Position numbers and translations under genes: made by a program. Below, piece after piece: positions 25,795-38,964 of a DNA stretch of 64,000 bases. This DNA is from Octopus vulgaris (Eukaryota). The stretch is from assembly GCA_951406725.2 (NCBI GenBank), contig OX597814.1:149110001-149174000 (forward strand), written 5' to 3'. Within the stretch, counting starts at the first letter, position 1. Every line of letters starts with the position of its first letter. Under the pieces are notes generated by a model. That model was not told the origin of the DNA. It made no database searches and was given only the letters and a program-made list of their open reading frames with translations.

Positions 25795-26340
25795 GAAGTG
25801 CAGTATAGACAACACTACCGATAACGGCAAATGCAGAATGTGTAGTGAGAGGGATAAAACGGTATGGCATATCGTTAGCGAATGCCCGAAATGGGCACAA
25901 CGCGAATACAAAAGACGTCATGACAATGTGGCAAGAATGATCAATTGGGAGCTCCGTTGAAAATTACGGCCTACAAAGAGCAGAGACGTGGTATGAGAAA
26001 ACTCCCGAATGAATCACCGAAAATGTGAATTGCAAAATCCTGTGAGGTGCAAAGGTCCAGTGCAATCAGCCGACCAGATATCGGAAACCGGACAATGTTG
26101 TGGTGTATAAAAAAGAAAGAACATGCATGATAACCGAAAACAGGATCAATGAGAAAGAAGAAAAAATAAACACCTATGATGATTTGAAGTGGGAAATGCG
26201 AAGGTTGTGGTCAAGGAAGAGAGTAGACTTGATACCAATAGTAATTGGTACACTTGGAAATATCAGCACACTACGACAGACATGACTGAAAAAGATAGGT
26301 GCAAGTGGGAAGGTAGAACTTTCCAACATACCCAGCAAAA
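25795..26340 (+). mobile_element. R4/Dong-like 3' fragment (CCHC knuckle plus RLE)
   Basis: CRMCSERDKTVWHIVSEC...YKRRHDNVA, PD.VVVYKKERTC, EEKINTYDDL.WE...IPIVIGTLG; followed by (AAT)n-like sequence. Confidence 0.85.
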
Positions 26341-26448
26341 TAAGTAGTGAATGCTCATATCATAATAATAAAAATAAAAATAATAATTCTAATAATAATA
26401 ATAATGATGATGAGGAGGAGGAGGAGGAGGAGGAGGATGATGATGATG

Positions 26449-26982
26449 AATGCCCTGATACAGTACCAGACTTCTGATTTTAACTAATTCGAAGTGTTAT
26501 CATCTCCATGTTTTGTCTTGGTATAAAAGATTGGCTACAACAGATATACTGCTCAATACTACAGATTTGCTTCTCAGTTGTTTGACCGTAACTATCTGAG
26601 CATGTCCCTTGGTGTCTGACGATATCTGGATCTCTGAGCTCGAACAGGAATTGTGGGAAACCCACATAGCCATGTGTTAAGAGGAACTCTTTGGAGTTTG
26701 AATAATTCACCTCTGGAAATATGGGTGTTTCGTTTATCATACTTAAACAAACCTTATTCAGGGACCTTGTGAGCAGGATGATCTACTCGACCTATAGAAA
26801 ACTGGGTTCTCACCTACAAGGTCATGCACTGTTTATCTTTATATGAGATCATGTTGCACACACATGGTTGTGATACATGTGTCTGTGGTACCCTGATCAG
26901 ATTGGTTGAAATGACGACTATATTGGGTTTCAGATATCGGTACCCCAGTGTCACTTTGATGGCATGTGTTGCTCTATCCCTC
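26449..26982 (+). mobile_element. ~530-bp microsatellite-flanked element, copy 2
   Basis: Colinear with 7860-8417; preceded by (GAT)n and followed by (AAT)n. Confidence 0.85.
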
Positions 26983-27030
26983 AATAATAATAATAATGAT
27001 AATAATACCAACAAAAACAACAATATGAAT

Positions 27031-27077
<47 letters not shown>

Positions 27078-27106
27078 CATATATATGTATATTAGATATA
27101 TATGTA

Positions 27107-27142
<36 letters not shown>

Positions 27143-27731
27143 ATAGGAGACAAAGTGAGGGTAAGCAGAGAGATGGATAAATAGACTGACTGAGAGATAC
27201 ATATTTGGACATTAGGTGACAGAGTCAAATAGATAGACAGACAGGTAGATTGATAATAATATTTCGTTGCCTTCTGAAAAGATTCAGGAAATAATCATAT
27301 TGTTCTTGATATCAGACGCCTAATAATATGTTAATCAATGAATTGCACAATTACTTCTATTCCTTAAAATAAAATAAAAAATCTCTGAATCACAATTTCT
27401 TTTCCGTTACAACTTCACTGATATCAATCAGCGCGTTACATGTATTGAAATAAGCTTTACATTCTGTCTAAAACCGAGACGAATTTAAATGCGATGAAGA
27501 CAGCTACAATTATATATGAAAAATAATTAGGCCGTGTATTTCCTGTTATTCGTTATAATTATAATGTATTTACATATTATACACCTGATTAGGTAATAAC
27601 AATGTTGACACATAGTAATTAGGAATTTAATTAAAATATTTTCTGTATCGAACTTCAGTAATGATAATATCGCACTGATTTTTTATAACTTCATTTTAGT
27701 GATAAACTGTCTGCACCCCGTGCCGTCAAGA

Positions 27732-27778
27732 ATGGCGGCTAATTGTAGTAATTTATTGCTGACTAAATACAAGAGCTG
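27732..27778 (+). CDS. Candidate short first coding exon (MAANCSNLLLTKYKS)
   Basis: agaATGG start context, frame open up to the consensus donor TG|GTAAGT. No downstream exon identified. Confidence 0.25.
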
Positions 27779-28705
27779 GTAAGTAAATACCAAATACACA
27801 GAGTTGAAACGCTGTTCGATTTTTCTTTTCTGCGATGAATGTTAACCATCCCACTCCCATTGCACGCATACGTACACATACACAAACACGCACGCACACA
27901 CACACATTCATATACCTCCCTTTTACAAACACACACACGCACATATTCACAGATTTGAAACGCTGTTCGATTTATTTTTCAGCGTACAATTTTCATCATC
28001 CCACTACCAAGTATGAAAACACCCCTTCCTTCCTTATACATCTATCACCCCTGCCTTTCTCATTCATAAACACAAAAGTAATATTATAGTAGATTATCTT
28101 GCTAACAATGAGAGTTATGAAAAACTACAAAACCCACCAACACCACCGGATCATTTTACACGTGTAATTTTTCGCTCAATTCCACCCAGCTGTTTGACCG
28201 TGAATCCCAAGACAATAAAATATGCAAGAAAGTATCGCCCACGTGAAATTCATATGTATAGACAAGTCCATATTTTTCTAGTAACCACCAGATTGTGATG
28301 AAATATAATGAAATCATTCTTGTTTTTATAGCGCTGATATCGAAGTAGTTTCGTGAAGTTTTATTAGCAAAAATATTTTAAATGCTCTACAAAAGAAGCA
28401 GTTACGAACTAAAATTCTTAGCCACTGCATCACATCTAAGCCTACTTTAAACGATATATTTTTCCAATAAAGAAAATATAATTAAATAATATTTATTAGC
28501 TGTGATGCAATATGAAGCCACCTGCAGCGCATTTACTTTCTTTAGTAACTATTTCTTTCTGGCTCTGAGAAAATTTAAGTTAACTATACCATATTAAAAG
28601 AAAAACAAAGGGAAACAATTAATTGCCACAACTCAATTTATCTTTTTTCGTGCAATCATAATTTTCTACATTTTAAAAATGGAATTTAGAAATTTCATAT
28701 ATATC

Positions 28706-29958
28706 TACAAAGGAGAGTGGGCGGAATACTTCATTAGCTGACTATGAAGGAGTGATGATAGAATCTTGCATGAATTAATTTCAAATATTTGTGTTAATAG
28801 ATGCATTGTTTCTTTTCAGATAAACTGATTAAAGAAAACTTCGTGACTAGTAGCAGCTTCGTTTGAAAATTAATAAAATTTGATATCATGCAGTTAATAA
28901 GTACCAGTAGAAAAACTTTTTAGCCCTGAAGGACATCCATGCTGACAAGCTTGGTACAGGAGATGAAGTTGAAGCTTGATCAACAGTGCAAAGATGAGCA
29001 TCTAATTTAGGAAGGATATGGAGAGTCTTGAAGATTAACCAAGGTCTGACCGTCCTGTAACTGCCACAACGAAGGAAAACACTGACAGTGTTCACAACGT
29101 GGTGAACATAGTGACAGACGATTGACTATAAAACAAATGGAAAATGCTATTAGCATATTCCGTGAGAGAGTTGAGAATGTTCTTCACAATGAATTTGGTG
29201 TGTCGAACATTTCTGGTCGGTGTGTGCCACGTCTTCTGATACCTGTTCAAAAGCGCACCAGGTTGATTACAGGAAAGGCTGACATTAGATTTGATGGAGA
29301 TCCCTTAAATTTCTTTCAACATCTCTTGAGCCAGGATGAGTGTAGAGTTCATCCCTTTGAGCTAGTTACATTCCTTGCAGTGGAAACATCTCTCCCCACC
29401 TGCTCCAAAGAAGACCAAGGTAGTTTGACCTGCAGGGAGTTTCACGGCTTCAAGGTTTTGCGGATGCAAAAGGTGTTGTGGGTAATGACTATCTTCAAAA
29501 GGCCACACCTTCAATGGAGATTACTACACCAAATTGTTGAAGCTGATGCGAAAGTCTATCAAAACTGTACAGTCAAGATACCTGACGAAAGAGGTCTTTT
29601 TCATCAGATCAGTGCTCCAGCACACAAGTATTAGGTTTCAATGGCTGCTGTACGTGATTGTAGCTTTGAAACGGTTGGTCACTCTCCACATTTTCTTGAC
29701 TTTGCCCCATTTCAACACTATCTTTATCACAACATAAAAAAACAGATTTGTCTATAAGCTAGTATCGTAGTGAGGATGACGTCATAACTACTGTTGATGA
29801 ATTTTTTTAAACAACAGGATTAAAGCTTCTTCACCAATTGTATCCAATCGCGGCAACACTCATGGAAGGAGAGTGTGAACCACAAGGAAGATTGTGTTAA
29901 AGAATAGACCTTAGTTGGTCACAGTCCATGAGAGTACGATGTTCAGCCGACCCTCGTG

Positions 29959-29960
<2 letters not shown>
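28706..29960 (+). mobile_element. Decayed full-length mariner transposon
   Basis: CVPRLL (WVPxxL), QDE.RVH, FHQ.SAPAH and a DLAP.D-like motif in shifting frames. Degenerate TIR ending in cagccgaccctcgtgta. Confidence 0.8.
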
Positions 29961-29993
<33 letters not shown>

Positions 29994-30208
29994 AGAGAGA
30001 GAGAGAGAGTGAGGGAACGGCGACAACTGTACTTATAACAAATCTATTATGAGTTAGAATTGTTTATGTACGACTCCAGTCGAGTTGAGTGCTACAATGA
30101 TAATATATCCACCAAGATCTACACGATATATATACAAAAATATATATATAGAAATACACACATACACATATAAACATACCCATACAGCCACACACGCATA
30201 CATTTATA

Positions 30209-31805
30209 CAGTTGCGACCAATATGTTCAGAACGGCATTGTTTTCGTCAGAAAAGTAAGTATAAGTTTTTATCAAATTTGTTTTATATTCTATAATTTTT
30301 ACAGACAATAAACACAATATCACTTGTTATTGTCTGAGATTTTGGTGTAATTTGAGAGGATAATACAAAAGTTATGGATGATTTATTGATTTACTGCAAA
30401 ACCCATGGCGGTCAAAATGATCAGAACGGTTGAAAAAATAACAAAATAATCAAAAATGACAGAGAATACTGGAATTATTTAATATTTTGTGTGAAGCCCT
30501 TTGGCTTCAATCACACTCTGACATCTTCGACTGCATGAGGAAATTAAATTTTCAATTTCTTGCTGCATGATCTTATTCCATTCTTCCTGAAGGGCTTTCC
30601 ATAAATGCTCAGTTGTTTTAGGATTTCTGGCTTTCGTACGTTCTCCTAGAATATTCCATACATTTTCAATAGGATTGAAATCTGGGCTTTGAGCAGGCCA
30701 ATCCGTAACAATAACCTTTTCAGCCTTGAGGAAGTTCATGACCACTTTAACCTTGTGACATGGGGAATTGTCCTGCATGAATATGGGTGGTCGCTTAGTT
30801 GAATTTCTCAGCACAGGCAAGACATGATCTTTTACAAGTTGTTTATAAACTCCTGCATTTACCTTTCCATGTAATCGCACCAAAGGGCCCACACCATCTC
30901 CGGATATCATCCTCCAAACCATGACACTTCCTCCACCGAATTTAACACTAGCCTTAAGGCATTTAGACGACAATTTTTCACCTACTTTTCTACGAACGTA
31001 TCTTTTCCCATCTGAGCCAAATAACACAAACTTAGATTCATCACTTAAATGCACCGTTTGCCATTTTTCTTGAGACCACAACACATGTTCGGTTGCAAAG
31101 GTAAGACGACACTTTATTCTTAGAGCTGATCAGTGGCTTCACTGCAGGTGCTCTTGCTTGTAGGTCATGTTCAACTAAACGACGAGACACAGTTTTTCGA
31201 GATAAAGTTTTCTTCAATACAATGCTCATTTTGCGAGTAACAGCAGCAGCAGTTTTAAATCTGTCTTTTTTAACCAACTTTACCATAGCACGATCTTCTC
31301 TCTTGGTCGTTTTTCTTGGCCTACCTGTAAACTTTCTTGCTTCACACGAACCACAATCATCGTAGACCTTTGTTAACAATCTTTGCAATAGATCCAATAC
31401 TTAAATTATCCTTCCTTCGAAGCTTAATAATCTGCTGACGAATTGGTAACGGAGTAAGTGGCATTATATTAACAAAGTACACTGCAAATATTCTTACTAA
31501 TGTTTAGTAAACGAACCGTCACGTAAACAAATTCAAAACGTTAGAGCTCGCCGGTTAATATACTAAAACACGGAGTAAAAGCAACCGTTCTGATCATTTT
31601 GGCCGCCATGGGTTTGGCAGTAAATCACTAAATCATCCATAACTTTAGTATTATCCTCTCAAATTACACCAAAATCTCAGGCAATAACAAATAATATTGT
31701 ATTTATTGTCTGTGAAAATTATAGAATATAAAACAACTTTGATAAAAACTTATACTTACTTTTCTGACAAAAACAATGCCGTTCTGAACATTTTGGCTGC
31801 AACTG
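30209..31805 (-). mobile_element. Full-length Tc1-family (DD34E) transposon, IR/DR type
   Basis: 224-bp TIRs (30209-30432, 31582-31805) starting CAGTTG, each with an outer and inner direct repeat (aa.atg.tcagaacgg). TA on both flanks. Confidence 0.95.
30479..31464 (-). pseudogene. Tc1 transposase, frameshifted
   Basis: ATG at 31464 (MPLTPLPIRQQII), GRPRKTT, SDESKF, QDNSPCH and SPDFNPIENVW with 34 residues between D and E. Frame breaks near 31370 and 31100. Confidence 0.92.
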
Positions 31806-32904
31806 TATATGTATATATGTGTGTATGTATGTATATACATATAAATGCAACAATATATATAAAAGATACAAGGAGTTTTCTTCAGGGTCGCGTAAACTAA
31901 TATGTACTCATTCTAAGGGCATATAATTTACAGATTTTGTGACTACCTTTTGCAGTTTGTGACTTTGTGAGGGCTTTTCCTAAATATGCGATTTTGTTAT
32001 TTGGGGACTGCCTTTCCAAAGCGGCAAGAATCTGCTTCCCCTTGATTAGGTATGTGTAGATTAAAGCAGAAAGGAAAAGACAACCGGTTTGGCAAGACTT
32101 GACAAGGACATTTAATTTAGCTATGTAATAAAAAGTTATACATAATCTCTAACCACTGTTTCTAGAACTACCCAGCTATTGGAACATCGTGTCGGGCGAG
32201 TATTCCAGCATATGCATCTATATGCATATTTGTGAGAGTGTGTGTAAGTGTGTCCGCATGAGTATACAATTATGTTTACATGATCTTTTAACAATGTTTT
32301 AGACTATTTATTCCTCTAAGTCTGATAACATATGTTTGTATTTATATGTGTCTACGTGTGCTTTTAGATCTACAGGCACATAAATCATCCATTTCTGTGA
32401 TTTCTTTGTGCACTTGTAATTGGATAGGATGTGTAATACATGTTATCATAGATGCTAGGAATCTATAAGTTACTTCAATAAAACTTTTCTTGCAAAATAT
32501 ACCTGAAAATCATTACCAATCTTTGTAGCTGAATGAACACAAGATATTATCATAAACACAAAACATTGCAGAAAAATCGTTAAATTAAACTTCATCATTT
32601 AGCTTAATCTGATATTTAGAACAAGTCATCTTTCATATTGAACGGCATTCATTAACATTTATTCAAATAATTCTTTAGTAATTATCCACTTCATGACTGC
32701 ATCTAAGCGCATGAGGCCTCATAAATTAATAGTTTAAATATTCGTTCGTGTGTATGTATATTAATATACACTACATATCTATTGGCTGCTAGGCCATTTG
32801 TTCATGAACCATTCGTAAAGAATTGTATAATATAGCATATACACATATGAATATATATTAGTATATATGTGATAGTATTGAAATTGCCGGTATTTTGAGT
32901 TTCC

Positions 32905-33265
32905 ATCATCGGCCGATTTATCAGTAAATGAAAGTGTTCTATGCATTATTACAGCTTCGTCGAACGATTTGCAGAAGCGTAATTTTAGAACAATATAAGA
33001 TTTAAATGAAATAAAAATTTTCTTCCCTTGTTTATTGGCTGCTTATTGTTGCGGGTATTTAGATCTTAGTATTTAGCTCTGTGTAAAATTCCTTTCATTC
33101 TAAAGCCAGACAATTCCCATAGATTTATTGTCTTATTCGCAGGGGTGAAAACTGCTACTCTTTGATAAAATTGTGAACGCTGAAGAGCATTGATAAAAGA
33201 ATATTTTACATTACAAAGCAACAAGAATTTACTTCAACTTTTAAAGTTCTTTCTTCAGATGTATG
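32905..33265 (+). repeat. Old ~350-bp repeat, copy 1 (copy 2 at 40458-40815)
   Basis: Shared blocks acagcttc, gtaatttta.aacaa.ataagatttaaatga, ttcattctaaagccagaca, gcattgataaaa and cttcaacttt. Confidence 0.75.
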
Positions 33266-33337
33266 TAATGCAAGTTGATTATGACGTTTATTTGGTTTAT
33301 TAGGATATATATATGTGTGAGTATATATATATGTATG

Positions 33338-33399
<62 letters not shown>

Positions 33400-33482
33400 T
33401 ATGAATACATACATACCAGTATATATAAATACATATGCGTGTGTGAACACACACATACACACCCGTATATCATATGTGTATA

Positions 33483-34140
33483 TTATTGCCCTTTATCAAT
33501 GCAGCGTAGTCAGAACCAGCAGGTGTCGCTACTGACCGTCTGTTCGAAAATTTTATTTACCTACTTACAGTGGAATACATCCACTTGTTTTCAATAATAG
33601 AAATACTAAAATTACTAAGTCTCTCTAAAGGAGATTACGGCAGCGTTACTGGATATTAATAGTTATCGCCATACTAATATGGCAGTCTATAAATAAGACT
33701 AAAGCTGTCGCTGATTAGCTCCAAGAGGCCACCGCCTCTAGCTAGCTATACGACGCACGAACCTGCGTCCAATACAACCTTCGAACAGGGGAGGTCAGCC
33801 GCTTCACCTTGCTAGTAAATAAAATCTTCGAACAAACGGTCAGTAGCGATACCCGCTGGTTCTGACTACGCTGCATTAATAAAGGGCAACAACCCTGAGA
33901 CATGTCTTCAGATGTCTGACTAGCAAGGTGAAGATGCTGACCTTCCCTGTTCGAAGGTTGTAATGGACGCAAGTTCGTGTGTCATATAGCTAGCTAGAGG
34001 CGGTGGCCTCTTGGGTCTAATCAGCGACAGCTTTAGTCTTATTTATAGACTGCCATATTAGTATGGCGATAACTATTAATATCCAGTAACGCTGCCGTAA
34101 TCTCCTTTAAAGAGACTTAGTAATTTTAATATTTCTATTA
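33483..34140. repeat. Interleaved double inverted repeat A-B-A'-B' (probable Penelope pseudo-LTR derivative)
   Basis: A 33483-33560 pairs with A' 33815-33892. B 33595-33816 pairs with B' 33919-34140 (about 11 differences in 222 bp). Confidence 0.92.
33871..33911 (+). ncRNA. Degenerate minimal hammerhead motif (U3:A8 type)
   Basis: cugca-UUAAUAA-aggg(caacaa)cccu-GAGAC-au-GUC-uucag. The inverted partial copy has the core UUGAUAA. Confidence 0.55.
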
Positions 34141-34147
34141 TATATAG

Positions 34148-34226
<79 letters not shown>

Positions 34227-34487
34227 TGTGTGCTGTCTTGTTCCTCGTGTGCTGTCTTGTTCCTCCCCACCACTACGAAACTCTATAATTATAATTCCCC
34301 ACAAAGGAATTATTTTGATTTGAAAACCCCACTAGAATGGGTGAAAGCGCTAATGATCTAAGTGATATGATATATATATGTAAAAAATGTAATATATAAA
34401 TAAATATCTGTAAATATAAACCATCCGATCTTCTGATTACCTCATTTCTTTTAATATATAATACCTGTACATCATCTCCAAACCTTC

Positions 34488-34620
<133 letters not shown>

Positions 34621-34750
34621 TGGCGTTTGCTAAATTTTCTTGAGAACATTCCTTTCTTAGTGGTAAGACCATAGCGGATCTACTTCTAGCATAATGAATC
34701 TCCACGTAATGGTCATCCCTCTTATATGTATGTGTGTGTGTGTTGTGTGT

Positions 34751-34813
<63 letters not shown>

Positions 34814-35389
34814 TGAAAGGAGCAAAAATACTGGAGATTCAGTATACACCACGAAATTTTGAGTTGAAAATATGAAGAAAACATATATAAAAAGTAGAAG
34901 AGAAATGCCTTCGTTTCACATAGTTTAATATCATTTTATAAAGAATTTTTTTTAAATATATAAATATTTTATGAATGTAGTGATATCCATCAGGTATTCA
35001 CTACTTAACTTAGCTTTTCAAGGGACATTGTGAAGTAATCAATTTTTATGACAAAGAGGTCTCGCCATTTTGGATGCTTGAGAAATGAGAATGAGTCTAG
35101 AGAGTGGACCAAGGGAGGTAACTGGTGGCAAGGGGACAACTAACTCCTCAGTATATAATATTTGAAGTGGGTATATTATCCGAAATGTATAGTATTAAAT
35201 ATCCATCAGGACTGGTCATACTATTCGGTTTCGCGTAAGGAATACAATGGAGTGTACCTTGGAATACAATGGAGTGTAACTTTCGGGTAAAATGACTATA
35301 ATCTGTGAGTGTCACAGATGTAATTCTGACGAGGCAGAGGTCACATCTAGTGGATAGATTATTGTAGAACGCAACTCTTCAGTAAGGAG

Positions 35390-37620
35390 TCTGCTTGGAC
35401 CAACCGTGCTGACCCAGAGTGCTCCTTGGGCGTGGCAATGGGTGCTTTTGACAATGCAGACGTATGCGACCTGGTCGGTCTCTTTATCCAATATATACTA
35501 AAAAAGAAATTCCCTTCAACTAGCTATGGCGTCTAAAGGAAAGACGCGATGGCGGTATCAGGAGATAGGCTCAAAAAGAACATCACAGGTACCATGAAGA
35601 TCTCTATAGAGACAAACTTTAAAACGGTGGATTTCATAGACATAACCCTGGACCTGGAATCAGGGGTCTATAGGCCCTGTAGGAATCCTAATGAGAACTT
35701 ATCTTATATTAACACTGGTTCCTGCCATCAAACCATAATGTTCAGGAACCTGGTTAAGGGCGTCAACTGGAGCATCTCCGGCTTGTCTTCAAGCAAAGAG
35801 ATTTTGATGCTGCCGCCGCATACTACAACCGAGTTCTGGTTGCCTACGATTTCAAGGATAATATTAGTTACATGCCAGACCTTAGCTCCTCCAAGAGAAA
35901 GCGCCACTGGAAGCTACAGTGGTTTACACTGCCATTCTCTTTAAACGTTAAGACCAAAGTAGGTAAGATCTTCCTAAGTTTAGTTGATAAACACTTCCCC
36001 CGAATTAATAGATTCAACAAAATATTTAATAGACATACCGTGAGATTATCCTTTAGCTGTGCGCCTAGTGTAAAAGAGATTGTTGTAAAACACTACTCCT
36101 CCAAAGATGAGGCAGGATGCTCATTCTGGGGTAACACAACTTCTCCACTAAACGGCAACTGAAATACGAAAGCGGTTGTTTACGTGGCAGACGTAACAGC
36201 AACGGGACCCAATGAGCAACCATCGTGCAGAAATATGTGGGAGCAACAGAAGAACTATTCAGACTGGCTTTGATAACCACAAGTCCTTATTCAACACCCC
36301 AGAGAGACGCAATGACACGACCCTACCCAAACATGTCTGGATATTGATAGAAAGCGCCACGGAGTACAGCATATAGTGGATGATCCTAGAAAGATGCAAG
36401 CCGTACTTCAATAGCAGCAGGAAATGCAGATTACGCCTGGTTGAGAAGAGAGTGATTTTAAAATGTACCCAACGCCTAGATGTTTACCTGAATAGCAAGA
36501 GTAGGGTGATTAAATCCTTGCCCGCATGAAAAGAAGTATATTATATTCTATCATACCAGCGCACCCCACCATGAATGCAACCACAGGTCCCCTGACTCGA
36601 TCTCCCGCAAACGACCTCCTATCAATGACCTTGAGCAAAGCACACACCAAGGTACTCATGTATACACAAGCGCACACCCCAATAAGGAGGACACCCCACA
36701 AAATAAACTGTCTCTCACTCCCCAACGTATAAACCTTCACACAAATTGTACCCCCACATATAAACAAATCCCACACACACACACACACACATTACACACC
36801 GCACGCTAACATACACACCCCACGACCTTATCCCTCACAGAAAGAAAGCAGATCAACGAATACAGATATAAACACCGACACACCAGGAAAAAATTATACA
36901 TACGATAACGCCACACATAACAGACAACACATCCCCACAGGTGCAGTACATCATTAATAATACACACTTTCCTCACTTCAAGATAACTCTTGCTGACTTC
37001 AAAGCATACCCGACAAGTGACATAACTCGTAAACTAATCCCTTGGCCCGTTTTTCGTTCCACCGCCCCTTTTATAGCAACCGCTGACCGGTTGTGCTTAT
37101 CTACCTCCGACAATAGATACTGAACATGTTTTTGTTCTATACAGAGATGAAGCTTTAGCCATCCATAGAAGCTCTTACAGGCATACCCTCAATAGGCTTA
37201 GAAAGAATATAGTTCGCACCCTTAGTTCTCTTCGACTCAGGATTACAATTGAACCCACCCTTACTATTATTAACGTTTTGGACATTACTTTGGATTTGGG
37301 TATTTGTGCACACACGCCCTACCGCAAACCAAACAGAAGGTAGTCATACATTAACATGGCCTCCTTCTACTCACCTATTGGTTTCAAACACCTGGTGACG
37401 GGTATCAATCAGAAGATTTGAACCCGTCTTGCAGTGAAGAAAATTTACTTGTCGCATCGAAAGACCACCATCTCCTATATGCCGGGTCACAACACCCACA
37501 AAAGGAAACGCCAATGTAAATCCCTGGTCTTTGCCCTGTTTTTCTCACTGAACGACAAGACTTGAGAAGGAAAAATATTCCTTAGATTAGTAGACAAACA
37601 CTTGGCAGTCACAAAGTGCC
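35390..37620 (+). mobile_element. Decayed Penelope-like element: RT fragment, GIY-YIG endonuclease and long 3' region
   Basis: VAMGAFDNADVCDLVGLFI, YGV*REDAMA (GLYRDD-like), VDFIDITLDL...YRP, WFTLPFS, KIFNRHTVRLSFSC, PLNGN*...VVY...KYVGATE...NHKS...KHVW, KCRL..EK. The 3' boundary is approximate. Confidence 0.85.
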
Positions 37621-37728
37621 ATGCATTTGTTTTATAGACAAAACTTAAGGGTCTCTTTCAGTTGGGCACCCAATGCTGAAAGAAATATTAGCGCGGCAGA
37701 ATGCTTACGCAGGGTTAACAATCTGTGC

Positions 37729-37774
<46 letters not shown>

Positions 37775-38480
37775 AGGGGGTGGGCATCATTGCAACTCCG
37801 AAGGTGTAATTGTTGCGGCTCTGGTGGTAACCAACACAGGTGACTGCAGCAACGGCGTGGACAGCGACAAAACTAACGACACCATCAAAATAGCCACCAA
37901 TAACAACGGCACTGACAGCAATTACAACCACGGAGACCGACAGTTACACCAACAGCACGTCAAGCAGCAGGGGCAAGTATGGTAGTTGTAACAATAGCTA
38001 CAAATGCAACAATGGCCCCGGCAATGCACCCATCACTGGCAGCAATAGAAGCCTCGTTGGCGGGAACCACATCACCAACATCGCGCCCACCAATAGCTGC
38101 AACATAGGAGTGATACCATCAGCGGTAACAGTAACGTCGGCAGCTTTTTCATCGGCAGCAGTAACACCTGCAACATTAACATCGGCAGCAGTAACAGCGG
38201 CAAGACCAGCAACGGGTCTGTAACTCCAACAGTAAAAGGATACAGAGACGGAAATGCGTCGGTTCTACACCTGGCCCGTTCAAGCATCATCTTAATAATC
38301 ACAGGTTCTCCACTAGGTTGCGAGATAAAGGCAACATTACGTCCAAAGGCAGCTACATATGGCGTTTTAAAAGAGGAGGGTAAGTCATACAAAATTAAAT
38401 ATAGGCTCTTAGGACAAACGTCGCCGTACCTCAACGGGATCAACGATGTAAGTTTTGCTTAGGTGAAAGATTGACAATCC
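37775..38480 (+). other. GC-richer Thr/Ala-codon-rich decayed coding-like segment, possibly a LINE ORF1 remnant
   Basis: aca/gca-rich sequence with local similarity to the minus strand of 51860-52340 (ggctctg..ggta...tgcagcaacggc). Confidence 0.4.
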
Positions 38481-38591
38481 TAAAAATCTCACTTTGAGCG
38501 GGGAACATTAAACTACGAAAAACCGTTTACTTAATGCTCTCATCAGAGAAAATTCCTGTTGGCATCCAACTTCACACATATTCCGTTCGTA

Positions 38592-38964
38592 TCTCTCTCT
38601 ATATAAACGGCAGTTTGTCTGTGCGTTTTCTGTGTCTGTTTTCTCGTACCCTCACTCTGACCACGGCTTTCAACCGATTCTGATGAAACTTGACACACAC
38701 ATAGCCCAATGTCATAATTCAAAACTAACGCAGCGAAAATTTTGAAAAGTTCCCCCAGTTCTGAAAAAAATCGATAATTTCGACATGGGGTCGAGAATCA
38801 GAAACCCAAACCACAGACCGTCTAGGGGACGCAACTCCACCTTTTTTAACTCTGAAAAAAAAAATTTACCATCATTTTTTTTCTATTTTTTGGCTATAAC
38901 TCTCTAAAAATGCTTTATAGTTATTTCCCTTACAAACCTGAGCAACGCCGGGCGATACTGCTAG
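38592..38964 (+). mobile_element. Non-autonomous Helitron (373 bp)
   Basis: Inserted between A and T, starts TC, ends CTAG, GC-rich subterminal hairpin-like cctgagcaacgccggg about 12 nt from the end, no TSD. Confidence 0.85.

Noticed and set aside
34905-34999. Minus-strand CTGATGG...GAAAC upstream of the Penelope relic
   Set aside because: A9 is mutated and there is no GUH triplet; too degenerate to call.
35239-35282. 22-bp tandem duplication ggaatacaatggagtgta.ctt (similar ones at 1116-1140, 2145-2175, 11950-12000 and 13091-13179)
   Set aside because: Ordinary slippage duplications with no further structure.
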